Assembly: GCA_029560465.1 (NCBI GenBank)
Contig: JAKQKX010000073.1
Coordinates: 79,411-143,410, forward strand
Length of the DNA stretch: 64,000 nucleotides
Source: Candidatus Omnitrophota bacterium
GTDB taxonomy: Bacteria; Omnitrophota; Gorgyraeia; Zapsychrales; JANLHA01
Direction of reading: 5' to 3'
This document shows, piece after piece, positions 57,301 through 63,300 of this stretch; position 1 is the first letter of the stretch, and the number at the start of each line of letters is the position of its first letter. The translations under genes were made by a program, and so were the position numbers. A model generated the notes under the pieces. It was not told the origin of the DNA. It saw nothing but the letters and a program-made list of their open reading frames with translations, and made no database searches.

Positions 57301-60300
57301 AATTGTTGTCTGCCGCTAATAAGACAGTTGCCGAGACATCCCGGCCAGTCTATGTTTATGTTCCGACAATGGAATCCATGGAAGTGGAGCGTGTCGCCAC
57401 TCAGATGGGGATAAATTTACCGAAAGAGACTTTGGGGCAGATTTCACAACTTATGGCTGAAAAACCGCTTGTTTTGGGCGGCTTGGATACTTTAATCAGC
57501 GCTGTGCCGGAATTGGAAAAATACGATATCGTGCTGGTCAGGAATTTCATGATGGCTCTTCAGCAGGCCAGAAAAGCCCCGTTTGTGTCTTACCAGAAGA
57601 GCCTTGATGGAGAAATAATTTCTCAACGATTAGCGTTTGAGCAGTTGCCTAAGAATTATCCGATAGTTTTGTTAGGAAACGACGAGACCCTTAAACCGTC
57701 TTCCGAAGAGTTGCGTAAATATATCGTTGCCCGTAAACCATATTTGGATAATGAGCTGGTTCAGCATATTTTGCCGACAACAGAGCGGCTTCAGTTGGCT
57801 AAAGGGGAAATTTTGGAAATTGCACCGGTGTCGTCATCCATTTCGACAACTGCGGCAGAGAAAGAAGGGGCGGCGATTATTTATGCGGCCAGCCTTTCGG
57901 TTTCTGAGAAGATGGGTGTGATCGATTTTATCGGAAGATATCCCGAATTTAAAGATGGGACAACGAAGGTTGAGATAATTCGCGGGAAGGATCTTGAGTC
58001 AAAAATTTATATGGCTGATGACACGGGGAAGACCCGGACGGTTCTTATTCCCGAAGATGTGTTCTATAGTGTGATTTCTAACCCGGTTTTGGGAGAAAAG
58101 AATCAGCGGATTGGCATAGAGAAGAGCGACAGGGTTGATCTGGCCATGAAGACCGGGAAATATGCCCATTCGTTGCCATCGGAATATCATACAGTTGATT
58201 TAGGTCAGGTTTTGAAAAAGCATGACTTGACCTCCGGGTTGCAGATTACCGATGAAAATCCGCTTTTGGTTGCTTATGATCGCCGCGATTTTGACGTAGC
58301 TCAGGATCAGATGGAGAATATTTTGGTCTCTTTGGCGAAGACGGTTGATGTTTCCGATTTATCGCAGATCACCCGTCTCCAGGTTGTTCCTTCTGACATG
58401 AATCTGCCGGCGAAAATTATGTTGACGGACATGAACAAGCAAGGACAGCCCAAGACATTGATTTTGGCACAGTCTTTGATACAGAATCCCCAGGAGATTC
58501 AAAACGCTTCTTTGATGGTTGATAGTCGGAGTTCTATCGTGAGATTGGCAGAAAAGCAACGGGCAGAGACGATTGCCCGGAATCAGATTGATCCGGACGC
58601 AATTACGGTCGTACGCCTGCCGGGCGGGGACAGGGCTTATATCGAGAAGAATTTTGTTAGATTTGTCGACGACCGTGGCCGGGTCCGTAAACAGCAGATG
58701 GAGTTTAAGGGCGTTAATATTATTGAAGTGGGGCGCATTATTGCCGGGTTGAGCGATCAGCAGCGCAGGAGCTTGTACTTGATCGAGGCGGACAAAACAG
58801 CGGATATTTATGTGGATAAGGCTTCTGGAGAAAAGTGGCTTCCGGTTTCAGTTCATCTTGGTAGCACGAGATATTTGGCTTGGGCCAGATTTGATGAAGA
58901 GATGGAGTTGGCTGTGCCGGTTAACGGAAATCAATTGATTTACGCTGAGAAGATGGTCATGTCCGCGGTCAATGAAAGTGGCCGTCCACAGTTTAAGCCG
59001 GTCGGGTTTGATAAGCGCATTGATTTCGATACGTTAATGCCCGGCGCCGACTATTCGGTGGGTGACTATGTGGAATCGTTAACAAGGCAATTAGCGATGG
59101 AAGAAAACATTTCTATCGATTTTGTCAAAATTGATGATTTCAATTATTTTGTTAAGCCCACAGGCGTTCGGATTATTAAGAATGATAAAGGCCAGACGTA
59201 TTTGATTCTTGGAACCGAGTATGTTAAGGCCCAGAACGACCGGATCGCAGAGGCCCAGAAATATGATTTGGCCATCACAGATCCGTTAGGGATGTATCGA
59301 GCATTTATCGAAGAATCTCAGGCGAAAGAGCTTGAGGTCAAAGATGCGTTCGGTGTTTTTGTTGTGGCTGTGACGAACAAAGTCGGTCAGATTTTAACCA
59401 GAGATTCGAGATCTGGTGGGCAGGATCAAATCGCGTTGAAAGATATTCCGATCCTTTATACCACATTAACCGGGGAGCAAATTATTGTGGCTTCTACCAA
59501 GAAGTCTGATATTGAGCAATATCAGTTTGATATTGCTATTGATCGCGGCATCACGACACGTAAGGAACAGTTGGCCGAACCGAAGGTGTTCGAAGCAGTT
59601 CCGAGTTCAGCTCCTGTGACCACACTGCCGTTGTTGCCGGGCACAGATACTTCAATTATGCCTCCGATCGGCCTGTTGTCTCAGGCTGTTCCGGTTCAGG
59701 CAAGTACGACAGAAACAGTAGAAACAGCACAGATTGAGAAATTGGCTTTAGCCAGTATCCCGATTAGCGATGAAGAGCTTAATGGGCAATTATCAAAGGT
59801 GGGCAGTACGGTTGAGATGCTGGATATAGAAACAAATGAGGTTGGAAGAATCGTTTCTAACGTTCAGTTCAAGAATCCGTTCAGCGGTCAAGAAGTCCGG
59901 TTGGCCAGCGTAGAGATGAAGAATGGGGATGTCCAATCGTTTACTTTTGATGAGTTTAAGAAAAAGAATATTCGTATTGTTCGTCCTTCTGCCGAGCAAC
60001 CTTTGTCAGAAAAGACTAAAATCGCTTCGGCTCAAAAACAGCTTTCAAAACCGACTGCGGTTGAAATTCGACCGGCAGCTTCACCAGTACGTAATTTGCC
60101 GTCGACTGCTACGGAACGAACATGGGTAGATGCTCAGGCGACGAGAAAAGACCGGATGAAAGAACGCCAGTCTGGCGGGTTGTTAATGATGTCGGCTATG
60201 GTTATTATGAATCCGGCTGACGCGGCTGTCCAGGAAGGACAGTTTGAAGAGGCTAAAGATTCGTCATCGCCGATTATGGTGGCGTTAACCAATCCGATGG

Positions 60301-63300
60301 TGTTGCCGGAAGATGCTAGGGCTGGCGGTGTTCGAAAAGACAGCGTAAAGTATGTTGAGGTAGCCCGAGTGTCCTCTTCTCTGAAGCAGGCGGCTCCCGC
60401 GAAGATCACGGAAGTTCCTATGTTGGCAAAACAAATGCCGAATATAGCCACGATAAGTAGTTTGTCTCTTAATAATCGTGCAGCGTATGATATTTTAAGA
60501 ACCGCCATGACGCAGACCATGAATTCTCGGCAGGATAGAGCGGACTTATCTAGGGAAATGAACACTATTTTGGCAAGGGCGGCTCAGGAAGGGCAGCGAG
60601 TCATTAGCCCCGAAGGCTATCCGTTAACTGAAAAAGCCTTACAACAGTTATCAAAGCTCAAAACTAAAGAAGATCTTGCCGCTTTGGTTGGGAAAGACGG
60701 AGCTGAAAGCCTGTGGGATCAATTAAAAGACGCCTTGAAGATGCTTTTCGGCGGAGAAATCAAAGCGGATGAAAAAGAAGAGAGTGTTCACCTGGCTAAA
60801 GTCGACCAGGAGGCCATGCAGGGTGAAGGGGTGTTGACATCACCACAATATATAGAAGAAGGAACGGTGTCGACAGAAACAGGCGTTCTTAAGTCTGACG
60901 TGACTGTATTGAAGGAAGCTTCGAGGGCTCCTCCGGAGGAAATGAAAGCCGATGTAACGATTGCTGAAACAACGGTTAAGAAAGAGGATCAAGAAGCAGC
61001 TCCGACGCTTGCAACAGCGCCTCCGTTAGCGCCGCCGATTGTTAGTCCGGAAACATTGGTACCTCAATTACCAGCACAAACAGCCCCGTCTTCACCGATA
61101 TTTGTGCCTGTATTGCCTATTGCCGCATTTACTCTGGGTAAGGCGACGACCTTGCCGTCTAACCAAAAGAATCCGATAGAAGGACGTAAAGAAACCGGAA
61201 CAAAGGGCATTCCTGTTACGAGTATGCCATTTAGTTCCTCAGTTCCTGTTGAGGAAGAGCCTGTGCCTGGAGGCGGATCAACAGGGCCTGTGAGTGGCTC
61301 TACGAAAGCCAAGACTGCTTTAGTTATTGCGTATGTCAGGGATATGGCAGCGAATAAGGGAGCTGTTGCCAGCGCTCCGGTTGTTAAACCCGAAGCGAAG
61401 CGACAGCATGTAGATTTAAGTACTGACAAAGAATCTAAAAAGAATTTTAGAAGTTCTGGTTCTAGTCCTACGCCGTGGGGCGCTGCCGAGACTTCCTCAA
61501 GTCTCCAGGCAGGAAAATCCGAAGAGAGGACAAGACTTGAACGTGTTGTAATGGTTGTAACGGTTGGTGTGCGTACGGCTGAAACGATAGCAGGTAATGA
61601 AGAGTTAAAAACTAATTGGGTGAGAAACGCCAATCGCGGTAACGATAACGCGAACGGTGTAAGCAGCGCAATCGTTGAATCGGCTCGTGTGACCATCGCT
61701 GCATCGAAAGCGGTCACATCAGAGTTAAAAACTGGTTGGGTGAGAAACGTCAGCCGTAGTGACGATAATACGGTTGGTGGTGGCAAAGAAATCGTCAATA
61801 TTGTAACTAGCAGTACGGTTCTCTCGGCGAAGACAGAAGCCGAGGATGAGTTAGAGACTCGATGGGTGAGCGCCGATCGCGAAGGCGTTAGCGCGATAGG
61901 TGTAGAAGGTGCATACGCCAAAGCCGGTTCTTTGAGAACGTCTGGTATTAATGGCTTAGCTGCCATCAATTGGTTTGGCCTCTTCGGAGGTTTTGCCAAG
62001 GCAATTAAGGCTGTTTTGACTGGATGGTTACAGAGAATTGCTAGATCTGGGTCTGGTAACGGGTCTAGAGAGGGTACATTACCGGAAGCTGTGCCTGCAG
62101 CCAGCTATAGCCTTGAGGGTTCTATCGTCAAGGTGGCTGAAGGAATATTCGTGGCTGCCAAGTCTACGCTGACGAAAGTTGGTGAGTGGCTGAAGCAGTA
62201 TGCGAACCGTGTTGTAACGATTCTTAGAACGTACGACAGCAAATGGACTAATCGCTCTGTACTTATCATTGGCGTTGTCGAGGATACGACTACAAGTGAA
62301 GGTGTGCATGCATCTGCGCTTGGAAGCGAATCTGGTAGCATGGCTGGTGATAGGTCTGGTACACATTCAAATGATGTGTTTGGTGTGTCCAGTGTAATCA
62401 GTAATGGATATGACTATCTGTATAGTCGTATTGATTCCATTGCTGGTGTTGAAACAGTTGTATCTCGTTCTGTTAAAGGTAGTGCTGACAGATTAGCGGT
62501 ATTGCTTAGTGCCAATGCTGGTAGTGTGGCTGACGTAACAAGCGATTCTGGTGTTCTGTCCAACAATGCTCTCAGGGGTTCGGCTGTAAGTGTTGCTGAT
62601 GTCTCTGAGAAAGAGTCCTTTGGTGCGCTTGATCAAGAGATTGGTCAAGGATATGTAGCTGTTGATGTAAGCTATATCAAAGGTTTGCGGTTTGATGGAT
62701 GTGTAGCTTCTGTGCTCAGTAATGGGTATGGATTAAGCACATTGGCATCAACTTCGATTCTTGGCGCTTTGGTCAGTGATGATCTGAGTTCTAAGAATGT
62801 GACCTTTGTGTTAGGTTATGTGAATAATCTGACTGCTACATCTAAGGTTGCGTATGTAGGTGCTATAAAGGGTATTGCTGGTAAGGCTGCCATATCGTTA
62901 GTTGCGCTGAAGCAGTTACATGAGGTTGAGGCGTTAAGCGGTTCTGTGGATCTGTATAGTAGAGTTCTTGGAGTGTCTGCCTCTATAAGGGTAAGTACTT
63001 CCAAGGATAAAGCCTTTACGCAAAAGCTTGATCGAAGTAACGTTCAGGCCATTGTTGCTGAAGCAGTATTAACTGAAGGTGTGTTGGCTGGAGAAGGTGT
63101 CCTGGCTGAAGGAACTGAAGGTGTTCTGATGCCGGTTGAAGCTATATCCAGTCCGGTTCTTAGTATACAGCCTGAAAAGGTCGAAGGTGCTAAGAATGCT
63201 GCCTTTGGTGTGAGGCTTGGTCAAGAAATTGATCAGGTAATACCTGCTGAAGATGCGTTCAATGTATCTGCTGAGGTTGTGCTTAGCAGCGTTAATGAAT

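Noticed and set aside
61064-61999. 311-aa ORF on the - strand, plus other long - strand ORFs at 54084..54932, 40028..40573 and 32334..32885
   Set aside because: All lie antisense to the continuous + strand giant ORF. Their translations are low-complexity (Ser/Pro/Thr/Leu-rich) with no start context or RBS. They are shadow ORFs of a GC-skewed coding strand.
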